Shown piece after piece: positions 13,122 to 26,094 of a DNA stretch of 64,000 nucleotides (positions are counted from its first letter, which is position 1; every line of letters begins with the position of its first letter). Origin of the DNA: Raja brachyura (Eukaryota); NCBI GenBank assembly GCA_963514005.1, contig OY740814.1, positions 6,014,001 to 6,078,000 on the forward strand. The letters run 5' to 3'. Made by a program: the position numbers and the translations under genes. The notes beneath the pieces are model-generated. The model was not told the DNA's origin. It saw only the letters and a list, made by a program, of their open reading frames with translations, and made no database searches.

Positions 13122-14910
13122 ACGTTCCCCGAATTCAGGGATTTTTTGTTTGTATTAATAAATACATTATTATTTTTCAGCTTTGTTCAAGTCTGAAAAA
13201 CGTTAACATACTTCCTCCATCAGTGATTACGGCAGTGCGTGAGCATGGACGTGGTCCAGGGCATGGAATCACAGAGCTTTGAAATCTTCACGAAGTCACT
13301 CACGTGACTCCGAAGTAAAATAGTAAGATTAAACGAGAACTTAACAGTTTGACGTTTGATCCTTATTTTATGAGGAGTTACGATGAGGGATTTCGTGCCC
13401 TCCGTTCCCAACCCTCTATCATAAGGTCAACTGCTATATTAGTGTCTCTTAATCTTACTATCTCCAGTCAGTGCTGCTATCTGTGATTTCACACCGCTGC
13501 TTTGAAGAATGGCACGCATGCGTGCTGGCGGGGTCTTCACGAAATCCCTCATCGTAACTCCTCATAAAATAAGGATCAAACTTCAAACTGGTAAGTTCTC
13601 GTTTAATCTTACTATTATTCATAATGGTTTTTAGATGTCCCAGAAAAAATGAATTCTTGCTCACTGTCACCAGAAAGTGAATTCTAGGGGAATCATATGA
13701 AAAATATCAAATTACCACAAATACTATATAAGTAGAAAGAAAAACATGAAAAAGTTAAGAGCTCTTCCAGTAACTATTTTCATTGGAGCCCAAGGCGCCG
13801 TAAGATAATATCCTGTGGTTGGCAGAAAGTGGATGTCAAATTTATATTGTTGGTATTTCACAATGGAAATAGTTCAAAATGAAAGGTTATGCAAGCAGGG
13901 GCTTAAAGAGATATTTCTCTGTTATTTCAAATTGTATTTTATTTGAGATTTCCAGCAATTGCTGTATTCCGTATTTCAGTTTATGTTAGTTTATCTCTCT
14001 CTATTGTTAGTTTGTAACACTGTTCTCTATGCTCTAATGTAACACGGTATGTTTGTTTAACTCTCTCTACTGCCCTATCCCCCACTATCTTCCAGCTGGG
14101 TCTGCTTTGATTAACAAGCAGCAATATCATTCTTGTCACCTGAACGATCTTGATCTCCACTGATTGATCTGATAGAGGTATTTCCTTTATTTTCTCCACC
14201 CATCCCCTGCTCTGCAACCAAAGATGCACTTATTTCCTCACAATTCCTGTAGCGATTCAAGATCGTGGACCAGAAATGGTCATTTTGTATTTTTCTCTCC
14301 TAGAGGCTGCCTGACCTGTTGAGTATTTTCTACATGTTCTTTTATTTCAGAAGATAGATACAAAAAGCTGGAGTAATTCAGAGGGACAGGCAGCATCCCT
14401 GGAGAGAAGGAATGGGTGAGGTTTTCGGCCGAGACCCTTCTGATAACATGGTATCAGATTAATCAGCAGCCATACATTGGACTACATTTTGTGAATTTCA
14501 TACTTACCTCTCATTTTGTGCTTTTTTATTTGGACTTTCTACTCTTTCCTTTTCAGTTATCAAAATACTTTTTGAATTAATGTAAAGTTTAAAAGACATT
14601 TAAAAGTGTGTGGAAAGGAACTGCAGATGCTGGTTTCTACCGAAGATAGGCACAAAGTGCTGGAGTAACTCGGCGGGTCCAGCTGCATCTTGGGAGAAAA
14701 ATGACAGGTGAAGTTTTGGGTCAGGACCAGTCTTCGGACTGAAAGTAGAGGGGAGGGAACTGGAGGTAAGAAAACGTCAGAACAAAGCTGACCTTTAAGA
14801 GGTCTCAGCACTTCAGCCAAACCCTGACCCTCATTCCCTACATCTAAAAGTGCACTGGTAACTAAATAAGCTGACCAAGAACATGTATGTACAGTTAACC
14901 TCCAGTTGGA

Positions 14911-17010
14911 TAACATAGAAACATAGAAATTAGGTGAGGAGTAGGCCATTCGGCCCTTCGAGCCTGCACCGCCATTCAATATGATCATGGCTGATCATCC
15001 AACTCAGTATCCCGTACCTGCCTTCTCTCCATACCCTCTGATCCCCTTAGCCACAAGGGCCACATCTAACTCCCTCTTAAATATAGCCAATGAACTAGCC
15101 TCAACTACCCTCTGTGGCAGAGAGTTCCAGAGACCCACCACTCTCTGTGTGAAACAATTCCTTCTCATCTCGGTCCTAAAGGATTTCCCCCTTATCCTTA
15201 AGCTGTGACCCCTTGTCCTGGACCTCCCCAACATCGGGAACAATCTTCCTGCATCTAGCCTGTCCAACCCTTTAAGAATTTTGTAAGTTTCTATAAGATC
15301 CCCTCTCAATCTCCTAAATTCTAGAGAGTATAAACCAAGTCTATGCAGTCTTTGTTCATAAGACTGTCCTGACATCCCAGGAATCAGTCTGGTGAACCTT
15401 CTCTGCACTCCCTCTATGGCAATAATGTCCTTCCTCAGATTTGGAGACCAGAACTGTACGCAATACTCCAGGTGTGGCCTCACCAAGACCCTATACAACT
15501 GAAGTAGAACTTCCCTGCTCCTATACTCAAATCCTTTTGCTATGAAAGCTAACATACCATTCGCTTTCTTCACTGCCTGCTGTACCTGCATGCCTACTTT
15601 CAATGACTGGTGTACCATGACACCCAGGTCGCGCTGCATCTCCCCTTTTCCTAATCGGCCTCCATTTAGATAATAGTCTGTTTTCCTATTTTTGCCACCA
15701 AAGTGGATAACCTCACATTTATCCACATTATACTGCATCTGCCAAACATTTGCCCACTCACCCAGCCTATCCAAGTCACCTTGCAGTCTCCTAGCATCCT
15801 CCTCACAGCTAACACTGCCCCCCAGCTTAGTGTCATCCGCAAACTTGGAGATATTGCCTTCAATTCCCTCATCCAGATCATTTATGTATATTGTAAATAG
15901 CTGGGGTCCCAGCACTGAGCCTTGCGGTACCCCACTAGTCACTGCCTGCCATTGTGAAAACGACCCGTTTACTCCTACTCTTTGCTTCCTGTTTGCCAGC
16001 CAGTTCTCTATCCACATCAATACTGAACCCCCAATGCCGTATGCTTTAAGTTTATATACTAATCTCTTATGTGGGACCTTGTCGAAAGCCTTCTGGAAGT
16101 CCAGATACACCACATCCACTGGTTCTCCCCTATCCACGCTACTAGTTACATCCTCGAAAAATTCCACAAGATTCGTCAGACATGATTTACCTTTCGTAAA
16201 TCCATGCTGACTTTGTCCAATGATTTCACCACTTTCCAAATGTGCTGCTATCCCATCTTTAATAACTGACTCTAGCAGTTTCCCCACTACCGATGTTAGA
16301 CTAACTGGTCTGTAATTCCCCGTTTTCTCTCTCCCCCCCTTCTTAAAAAGAGGGGTTACGTTTGCTACCCGCCAATCCTCAGGAACTACTCCAGAATCTA
16401 AAGAGGTTTGAAAGATTATCACTAATACATCCACTATTTCCGGAACTACTTCCTTAAGTACTCTGGGATGCAGCCTATCTGGCCCTGGGGATTTATCGGC
16501 CTTTAATCCATTCAATTTACCCAACACCACTTCCCGACTAACCTGGATTTCACTCAAGTACTCCTTTGACCCGCGGTCCCCTGCTATTTCCGGCAGATTA
16601 TTTATGTCTTCCTTAGTGAAGACGGAACCAAAGTAGTTATTCAATTGGTCCGCCATATCCTTGTTCCCCATGATCAACTCACCTGTTTCTGACTGCAAGG
16701 GACCTACATTTGTTTTAACTAATCTCTTTCTCTTCACATATCTATAAAAACTTTTGCAGTCAGTTTTTATGTTCCCTGCCAGTTTCCTTTCATAATCTAT
16801 TTTTCCTTTCCTAATCAAGCCCTTTGTCCTCTGCTGGTCTCTGAATTTTTCCCAGTCCTCTGGTATGCTGCTTTTTCTGGCTACTTTGTACGCATCATCC
16901 TTTGCTTTGATACTATCCCTGATTTCCCTGTTATCCATGGATGCACTACCTTCCCTATTCTTTTGCCAAATTGGGATGAACAATTTTTGTAGTTCATCCA
17001 TGCAGTCTCT
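14911..17010 (-). mobile_element. 5'-truncated CR1 (HER1-like) LINE with an open RT frame
   Basis: ORF 15004..17061 with PGPD, NYRPVSL, GVPQGSVLGP, FADD and RPHLEYC; (TTTCTATG)n tail. Confidence 0.95.
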
Positions 17011-17334
17011 TTTGCAGTCTTTAAGGATTAGAATGATGAAGATTGTTAAATTAAATCCCACCAGGACTCAAATAACCACACTGAGTACTGAAAGAACTAC
17101 TAACAGAAATCATTGGCAGTGTTAGTTAGCCTTTAGTTCCACATATTTTAAAGGTGCATATTTTGACCATTGGAATCTATAAATATGTATGGTTTTAATT
17201 TCCTTTGTAACAAATCTTAAAAGTATAATAGACATCGTATATTAACATTCCATTCCTCATAAGTCTTCAAAGATGCAAGACCCATCAGTTCCAACGGGAG
17301 ATTGCAACAGAAAACAAGGAGCATAAAAGAAAAA

Positions 17335-17735
17335 TAATAGAAACATAGAAACATAGAAATTAGGTGCAGGAGTAGCCCATTCGCCATTCAATATGATCAT
17401 GGCTGATCATTCAACTCAGTATCCTGTACCTGCCTTCTTTCCATACCCCCTGATCCCTTTAGCCACAAGGGCCACATCTAACTCCCTCTTAAATATAGTC
17501 AATGAACTGGCCTCAATTACCTTCTGTGGCAGAGAATTCCAGAGACTCACCACTCTCTGTGTGAAAAATGTTTTCCTCATCTCGGCCCTAAAGGAATTCC
17601 CCCTTATTCTTAAACTGTGACCCCCCCAACATCGGGAACAACCTTCCCGCATCTAGCCTGTCCAACTCCTTAAGAATTTTGTAAGTTTCTATAATATCCC
17701 CCTCAATCTTCTAAATTCTAGCGAGTACAAGCCGA
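17335..17735 (-). mobile_element. CR1 3' fragment
   Basis: Near-identical to 14911-15330. Confidence 0.9.
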
Positions 17736-18689
17736 ATGCCATATCCCAAAAAGAAAAGTAAGGGTTTTCAATATTTTAATTTATGCACTGCCAAAATATC
17801 AGTCTAATGGAAGCTGCAGGTAACATTTAAAAAAAAATCACATTTCTATGGATGGGAAGAACAGAATAACAGGCATTCTCCATTTTCCTATATTAAAAAC
17901 AAATCATGTTATTGCCTGGCATACAATTAATTGTGATGAAGAATACCGATTTATTAGTGGTCTTATTCAGAACATTAGTTTTATGTTTGGCCACAGAAAA
18001 ATATTTACTGTGTCTAAAAACAATGAATTAGTACCGAAATGACAAGGATGCATTTTGCTTTCCAGTCACTGCTGGTTTTGCTATATTAATGTTCAGTCTG
18101 AAACAATCTATTTATTTTCCTTGATGCATGCTACTAATGGCTAAACATTACAAGTAAGAAAAATTACAAATTCAATTACTACTGTTTCATGAATAATCAT
18201 CACAGTCACAAAATCTTATTGAGATTAAAATAACAGATTGATTCAGGGCATTGAGCTAACACACAGCAAAGTTGTTTCTAAACTAAAATCCATGAGACAA
18301 AGATGGAGTCATAAAGCAGTATGTGTTTGAAAAACAAAATCCAGAAGTTACAATTACCTACACATTTGGAGGATGTTTGGGATACAATTTGAAAAGCAAA
18401 TAGCATCTTTGCTGCTCAGTAATTTTAAGTTATTATTTATAATTAGGATGCGAGTGCTGATGTGATGTGTGCCTAACTAATTAGTAGAGCTAATAGGACT
18501 TGATTTTTCAATCCCTGTAATAAGTCAGCACTCTTGCTATTTGCAGTGGGATTGGAGTGGTGAAAGGTAGGGTAGGTACGTCATCGGGATCATCAGGTGG
18601 GCACCCTCTTTCTTTGACTTTTCATTGATAAGCCCACAACATCTCCAGAGGGCTCAATGGTGATACCTGGCATCCCAGTTACACCCTCC

Positions 18690-19480
18690 TCAATTCCATA
18701 CCCTCCTGTCTTCATCTTGCAGCCCAATTGTTATCTCTCCTTTTGATCCAAATCTAATTGCTGCTTTTTTCTGCAGAATTTGATAAAAATTTGATTGCTT
18801 GTTGGAGGGAGCGACCCCTCACCCCCATTTTCTTTACTAGCCTGGTCATAGATGTAGCAACAAATCCCCTGCATCCCACTTTGACTGGGAAAATCTTGGT
18901 CTTCCATCCATTCTGGGCAGCTTCACTTGCCAGTTCAGAGTACTTGGTCTTTTTCCTCTCATAAGCTTCTTCAACACCATCTTCCCATGGAACTGTAAAT
19001 TCCACAACTTGGCTGTTGTGGACCACAGGACCATGTCTGGCCGGAGTGTTGTAGCCACAATGTCTGGGGGAAACACAAGCTTTTTTTCTAGGTCTACTTC
19101 CATTTTCAAATCCCGAGCAGACTGCAGAATGCTTGCATCCTTTGATGTTATCTGGTGCTCTGGTGATTGGCCTGCTGGTACAAATGTTGTAAAGTGGACA
19201 TTTTGCTGCCGATGTTTGTGGGAAAACATTTCTGATCTTAGGCCTCTGTTCCAGGATTGATGCCAGCTGTCTAAGAACTTGGTTATGCCGCCAAGTGTAA
19301 CGCCCTTGGCCGAAGCTCATAGTGCATCCTGTTAAAATGTGCCTTAGTGATGCAGGTGCTTGGCAAAGGGAGCAAGCGGGGTCCTCTCCGAACCACTGCT
19401 TCAGGTTCTGGGGTGATGGTAGAACGTCATAAAAGTCATATCAAGCCGCATTGCAACTTCCTGCTTCTTATACTCAATGA
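18690..19480 (-). mobile_element. Fragment of a restriction-like-endonuclease non-LTR retrotransposon (Hero-like)
   Basis: CCHC finger (C..C....L.HILTGC), RYTWRHNQVL, LRPDMVLWS, EFTVPWE and VGCRGF motifs, frameshifted. Confidence 0.82.
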
Positions 19481-19559
19481 CCTGACCCATGAAGGAAAGC
19501 AAAGCATATATATGCCTTCTTTACCACTCAATGTACTTGTTGTTATTTTCAGGGAGTTA

Positions 19560-19797
19560 TGCCCCTGTCCCACTTAGGAAACCTCTGGAGACTTTGCGCC
19601 CCACCCAAGGTTTCCATGCGGTTCCCGGAGGTTTTTGTCCTCCGGCAACCACCTTCAACTAGCATCGCAACCGGCTTTGACTAAAAAATTTCGACCATTT
19701 GGGAGACTGACAAAAAACTCCGGGAACCGCACGGAAACTGTGGGTGGGCGCAGTCTCCAGAAGTTTCCGTTCAGGTTTCCTAAGTGGGACAGGGGCA
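19560..19797. mobile_element. Fold-back MITE (PIF/Harbinger-like)
   Basis: 25-bp perfect TIR TGCCCCTGTCCCACTTAGGAAACCT plus long subterminal inverted homology; TTA/TAA flanks. Confidence 0.85.
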
Positions 19798-20389
19798 TAA
19801 TGGACTTAGAACGCGAGATCCCTCTGTATATCAACGCTGTTAAGAGTCTTGCCATTAATTGTATATTTTCTTCTTGCAATCAATCTCCCAAAGTGCAACA
19901 CCTCACACTTGCTCAGAATAAGTTTCATCTGCCATTTCTCTGCCCATTTCTGTACCTGATCTCTATCGTGCCTTATTCGTTTCCAGCCTCTACAGGTCTG
20001 CGACCCCAACAATCTTACTGTCATTTGCAAACTTACTAACCAACCCATCGACGTTTACGTCCAAGGCATTTATATATATTGCAGACAGACACAAAGTGCT
20101 GGAGTAACTCAGCGGGACAGGCAGCATCTTTGGACAGAAGGAATGGGTGGCATTTCAGGTCTCAAACAACAGACGTCGCAGCACAGATCCCTGCAGCACT
20201 CCACTGGTTTTATATGTAGAACGAATGACCAAACATTAGGTGCAAATGGGTCCAATATTGAGGCAATCATAATTTAGCAATAAGTTGGCATTGCTGGTAA
20301 ACTAAACTAATGATTTAACATAAAGCTAACTAGTCAATCTTGAATAGTAAATAATAAACCTATTCAAATTTATACATTTGGCGACTTAC

Positions 20390-20491
20390 CTGGAATAAGC
20401 TATCTAGCACCTCAGCTGGGGAAATCATGAAAAGTGTCACAAAGCTATCAGCAATTCTGCTAAAGAGGTGATCTTCATCTTCTCTGCAGGG
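20390..20491 (-). CDS. FAM227B: FAM227B coding exon (PCREDEDHLFSRIADSFVTLFMISPAEVLDSLFQ)
   Basis: 102-nt exon with CAG|GTAAGT donor; LFxRIxxSxVTLFM motif. Confidence 0.92.
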
Positions 20492-21996
20492 CTTGCAATG
20501 ATAAAAAAGGTTACATGTTCACAAAGGCAAAGTTGTTCAAGGTAAATATATAATCGCTAAGTAGAACAAATGGGAACAGAGATCACAGGCAAACAACATC
20601 TTAATGATCAAGATATACAATAAGTGCAATACTTTGGATCATAATAAACAATTATATAAACTAGAAGATTGAACAAATCATAAAAGCCAAGCGACCTCAA
20701 CTTAATAAATATAAACAAAGAAATCAAGTGCGAGATTGAACAGAAGATTTCCAACAAACATTTCTTTAGTGGCTTAAATATTATTCTCTTCCTGCACTTT
20801 GCCAATGCCACACTTTTAAAATTCTCAACCTTAAATCCCAGAGCTCCACATCTAGCTTTCCTTTTTCCTCATTTTTGGCATCTCTAATTTCAACTATCTC
20901 ACGCGGGGTCCGATCGTCCGGTGTGGGGGAGCTGACATTCCCCCGATGCAGGAGCTGATCGCCTCGATGCGGTGGGCCCAAACGCCCCCGGCTATGGGAG
21001 TCAAGATCATCCCGTCAACGGAGGGCTCAAGGCCTCAAGTCCCGACCTCGGGAGAGCTAAGGGAAGAGATTTGAGCTTTTTCTCTCCTTCCATCACAGTG
21101 AGCAAAGCGGAGGAGGCACTGTGGTGGATGTTTATGTTAAAATGTATTTTGTGTGTTCCGTTATTTATATGACTGACTTGGCAAATGAAATTCCTCGTAT
21201 GTTGCAAAACATACTTGGCTAATAAAGTATTATTGTGATTGTGAACTCCAATAATCCAGCATTCAATTGTTTAGAAACTCTGACGCTGCTGTATCAGACA
21301 GTCATTTTTCCAGGATGTAAGTAGAGGCTTACAAATGTGGCTGAGGCTGGGTGTGTGACTTCTGGAGCTAGGGGTGTGGGATCCGCAATATGACTAGTCA
21401 AGAGTGTGGGTAGATTTACAGCAGGAGCTGGGTACAAAGCTATTATTCCAAATAGGAGAAAACAGGCACACATCATCTTCTATGCCTTCAGTTTTAAGCA
21501 TGAGAATATATACCTTCCAAAGTGGAAATGTCAAAGACAAGAGGGCATAACTTTAAGGTGAGAGGGGCAGCAATGTTATAGATGTGCAGGGCAACTTTGA
21601 GAGAGGGTGGTGGGTGCGTGGATCGAGCTGCCTGGGGTGGTGTTGAGAAAGATACAATATCTTTATTTAAGACACTTTTAGAGAGACACATGGATATGCA
21701 AGGGATAGAAGGATATGGATCGCAGGCAAGCAGAGGAGATTAGCTTAATCCGGCATCATGTATATTTGGCCATCAGATATTGTGGGCTGAAGGACCCGTT
21801 TCCATACTGTACTGTTTTATGTCCTATATTGACAAGATTAATTGGATAACCCAGGACCCATTACGGATACAATATACACAAATTCCATCCCTGCAAACCA
21901 TTTTAGTGACAGTGGCAAAGATGAAAATTTATCCCAAGATGTATTAGCTGAACAAATAAAGCATCCAGCCAAATATTTCAGGAAATATCTTTATAC

Positions 21997-22095
21997 CTTA
22001 AATTTGTGAAGGAAGAACCACCAAAACGCATCTTCAACAATGGCAACAGATGGGTCTGACAGGATCAACTTCCTCCAAGTAGTTTGAAATCCAAG
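21997..22095 (-). CDS. FAM227B: FAM227B coding exon with the FWW(h) motif (…VAIVEDAFWWFFLHKFK)
   Basis: 99-nt exon with tacag acceptor and gtataa donor; DAFWWFFLHKF is the FAM227 signature. Confidence 0.93.
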
Positions 22096-22562
22096 CTGTA
22101 AATAAGTTAATGTTGACTAGGTATTAGTTAACTCTGAAATCAATACAAATTGCCTGTGACAAAGCAATTGAACCGTCATTTTGTTATTTCCGAAGATAGA
22201 CAAAGCTGGAGTAACTCAGCTGGAGTAACTCAGCAGGACAGGCAACATCTCTGGAGAAAAGGAATGGATGACGTTTCCGTTCGAGACCCTTCTTCAGTCT
22301 GAAGCTTTGTGTGTCTATCTTCGGTTTAAACCAGCATCTGCAGTTCCTTCATACACATGTTGTTATTTCCGTTATTTTAGCTAAAATACTGTGGACCTGT
22401 TACAATGTTGAACAAACTGTTTCTCATTTTCAAACCTTTAACTTTCTCACAAAAAAAAACAAAATGGAGAAAGTTAAACAATGAGAAAAACTCTAAAGTA
22501 TAGGTTGCTAAATAAATAGATCCGTTATAAAACAAAGAGTCAATCAAATTTCAGTCACTTAC

Positions 22563-22667
22563 ATGAAAACTCCGTGTCCTTCTAATCCAATTTAGCAACT
22601 GCTTAGCTTCTAGTTGTCCAGGAAGTTTTGTGAACATGTGTGATTTGAAGCCTGCAAATGGTTGAGA
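22563..22667 (-). CDS. FAM227B: FAM227B coding exon (SQPFAGFKSHMFTKLPGQLEAKQLLNWIRRTRSFH)
   Basis: 105-nt open phase-0 exon with ttag acceptor and GTAAGT donor; FxGF...LP.L pattern of the family. Confidence 0.9.
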
Positions 22668-23031
22668 CTAAATAGGAAACAACAGTGAAATTAAAATAAA
22701 GCAACCAGTGGCATTTTGAACAGCATTGGAGGTTTATATTTGTAATAATAACTATTCCACCCAATGGGGAAAAAGGGCAAAGGAAATAGTTATATCCTTC
22801 TACTTAAAGGAAAATATTTGTTACTGAGAGCTGGAACAAATCAATTTTTGGAAGGCATTAGATCTTAAAAATTAACAATGCTGCTAATATTAACAGATAT
22901 GGATAAAACTGTTTTGTTATTGATGAGGATAGCTTAAAGGGTATGCATGACTTTTGAGGATTGCATAACCAACTTGTACAGTGCAATTGGTGTGCATTTG
23001 AATGGAATCAGATAATAGCATTGCCTACTTT

Positions 23032-23150
23032 ACGGGGTGGGAGATTGCAACCTTCAGGTGGTCTACCCTGTTTCGACTAACGCAATCAACCCGACGTGCA
23101 CAATCAAATAAGATTAAATAGAACAAGTGCACGCCATACGCAAGAAGAAG
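23032..23150 (+). mobile_element. ~120-nt SINE-like retroelement: HDV-like ribozyme head plus (AAG)n tail
   Basis: TSD GCCTACTTT at 23023-23031 and 23154-23162; tail GTGCACGCCATACGCAAGAAGAAG recurs at ~63720-63742. Confidence 0.75.
23034..23087 (+). ncRNA. Minimal HDV-like (nested double pseudoknot) self-cleaving ribozyme
   Basis: P1 GGGGUGG/CUACCCU; P2 GAUUGC/GCAAUC; P3 ACC/GGU; L3 UUCAGGU; J1/4 GU; vestigial P4; J4/2 CUAA. Folded by hand. Confidence 0.72.
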
Positions 23151-25982
23151 ATGGCCTACTTTGCAGCTCAGACTCTTTTGATTTCTTCATCATCTTCTTC
23201 TCTATCAAGGTAGCAGGGGGAGATCACGTGGAGAAATAAATGCTAATCAGGATGTCTCGTGGGCCCTTCGTTTGAGCCGTTCAAAATGCCACTGAACAGC
23301 TACCAAAATCAACATTATTTTTATTTAAGAAACATGAACTTTGCAGGCTGGGCCAATATTTAATGACCCATTTCTAAGTCGCCTTTGAGAAGGTGTTGGA
23401 GTGCCGTCTTCTGGAACCGCTGCAGTCCTTGAGATGTGGTATACCTACAATGCATTTAGGGAGGGAGTTCCAGCATTTTGACTCAACCACAGTTAAGGAA
23501 CAGTGATATATTTCCAAGTCAGGGTGTTGCGTGGGCAATTTCCAGGCGTTGGTATTCCCATGCTTTTGTTGCTTTAACTGGTGACGGTCACGGTTTTGGA
23601 GGGTGCTGTCTGAGGAGTTTTGGTGCAGAGATCCAACAGATGATACAAACTGCGGCACTGTGCATCAGTGGTGGAGTGAGTGAGTGAGTGGTTGTGGGTG
23701 AGGTGCCTATCAGGCGGGATGCTATGTCCTGCATGGTGTTGAGCTTCGGAAGTGTTGTTGAAACTGCACTCGTCAGTGCAGGCGGAGGGCATTGAATCAC
23801 ACTCCTGACATGATCCCTGTAGATGGGGGATAGGGTTCATGGGCTTAGGAGATAAGTTGCAGGAAGGAACTGCAGATACTGGTTTAAACCGAAGATAGAC
23901 ACAAAAAGCTGGAGTAACTCAGCGGGACTGTCAGTATCTCTGGAGAGAAGGAATGGGTGACGTTTCGGGTCAAGGACCTTCTTCAGCCAATATTCTTAAA
24001 AGTATATATAAATTAAAAATATTTGAATGCAATATTTTAAAAAGTAGTATCACGCTGCATGTCCTACCTCCACATCCAAGATCCTCTGTGAACGATCCGG
24101 TTGTTTTGAATACTATTAAAGGTAAAACAAGTTAATCAATCATTATTTCTTAATTAAGAAATAATTATTTCTTCCAGTTTAAATTCACGCCTCCAGTTTA
24201 CATTTCATTTGGAATATTTTTGAGGACCAAGAAACCAAGTAATGATCTAGATTTTTTAACAAGAAAATATTAAGTCCATTAAGTCCTCAATTTAGGAATT
24301 AGGCAAAATATTAATATTCTTCTTAGTTGGTGGCCACTAACGATACTAGCAAAATATTTGAGAGAAACAGTTGCGTAGCTGGATTTGGCCAGACATTGTG
24401 TGATTACACCATAAGAAAGATTATGCGTTTTTTAAATTATTAAATTATTACAAAACCAAGGCAAACCAAGTCTTTTGAAACTTGGCCTTCAAGACCTAAA
24501 GTTGCTCAAAATCCCTCTCTGAGGTAACCTTCGGTTTCCTTCATTGAAAATCACCAGCCAAGCTTAATTCACTTGAAGAGTCACTGCAAGGGGACCCGAA
24601 AAATGACACATTGAAGGTTTTTTACACAGAGGGCAGTGAGTGCATGGAACAAGGTGATGGTAGGGGCAGAAACAATAGTGATGTTTAAAAGTCTTTAGGC
24701 AGGCACATGGATATGCTGTGAATGGAGGGGTACAAAATCATATGTAGATAGGTGAGATTAGACACACACTGACATGTCGGCTTAAGTGCTGTTCCTGTGC
24801 TAGACTTTTCGATGTTATGTGTTCCATGAATGCAGGCACTAACATGCCCCACTGCGTTGATTATTTTATGTTTCTATGCAATTTGGCATGGCCTTGTTCA
24901 CAAAATAAACATTCCACCCCCAATTTGTGTTATCTTTTATTTCTTTTGTTTGGCCAAGTAGCTGCTATGATGGTCAGCAAAAGATAAGATATTGTGTATC
25001 ATTATTGATGAATGGGCAAGTGGAATTATGTTTGCCCGTTTGTTCTCCATTGAATGGAATTGTACAGGTACTGCTGCCTTTCCTCGTCCTCTGTGAGGAT
25101 GTGCAACAGGCAGACTATTACGTGCCAGTCAGCTTTGTATGACATGTACACATACCCCGCTATACACTGACGGCGCCAAATAGAGATGGTTGAAAGCTTC
25201 AAGTTCCTAGGAGTAAATATCATCAGCAGCTTGTCCTGAACTAGCCAATTGAAGCAATGGCCAAGAAAACTCTGCTACCCTAGAAAGCTTAAGAGGTTCG
25301 ACATGTCCCCTTCACCTCTTACTAAATTCTACAGATGTAGACAACGTTTAACCGTGCATCACAGAATGGTTTGGGAACAGCTCTATCCAAGACTGTGACA
25401 AATGAACAGGTACTTCGGATCTGTCTTCACTAGGGAAGACACAAACAATCTCCCAGAAGTACTGGAGGACAGAGGGTCTAAGAGGGTAGAGGAAATGAAA
25501 TAAATTTTCATTAGGTGTGAAATAGTATTGGGTAGGCTAATGGGACTGAAGGATGATAAATCCGCTGGGCCTCATGAGCATGCAACAAAAAGCTTTTCAC
25601 TGTACCTCGGTACATGTGACAATAAACTAAACGGTGTTTCACCATGTGTGTGGACGGGGCATCGAAGGATGAGAAGCCGAAGCGAACGTAGAAGCTAAGA
25701 TACCGAACGGACACAATGCCGAAAAGCCAAATAACCGAACGGGCGTGACGTCGAAAAGCCAAATAACGGACATAACGTCTCCAGGGACGGGATTTGTCCG
25801 AGACCTTGTCAGCGATTGGTCCAGACCCCCGCATCTATCACATCACTGCCCGGGGGAGACGGGAGGGTGGGAGGATTTTTTATTTTCCTTCTCCGCTTTT
25901 GGACTGCCAAAGATTATAGAGCAGATTATTTTTGTAAGCATTGATCTACCACAGTGCTTCGGGTTAAGAGGCTGGAATCACA

Positions 25983-26094
25983 CTATCTCTCTCTGTCTCG
26001 TTCTTTCTCGCGCTCTCTCTCTCTCTCCCCCCCTCCCTCCCTCTCTATCTCTATCTATCTATCTACCTACCTACCTCGCTCTCTCGCTCTCTCT
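25983..26094. repeat. (CT)n / (CTAT)n / (CTAC)n compound microsatellite
   Basis: Direct inspection. Confidence 0.85.

Larger units (their letters stand above)
10500..13616 (+). mobile_element. DIRS1-type retrotransposon, internally deleted (lost most of gag and the N-terminal RT), antisense in a FAM227B intron
   Basis: Both termini and ICR (~13285-13397) present; YLDD/RH/MT/YR coding with two frameshifts; ATT at both ends. Confidence 0.95.

Noticed and set aside
15692-16210. Long antisense ORFs over the CR1, Tx1 and DIRS coding regions
   Set aside because: Shadow frames of transposon ORFs with no independent motifs.
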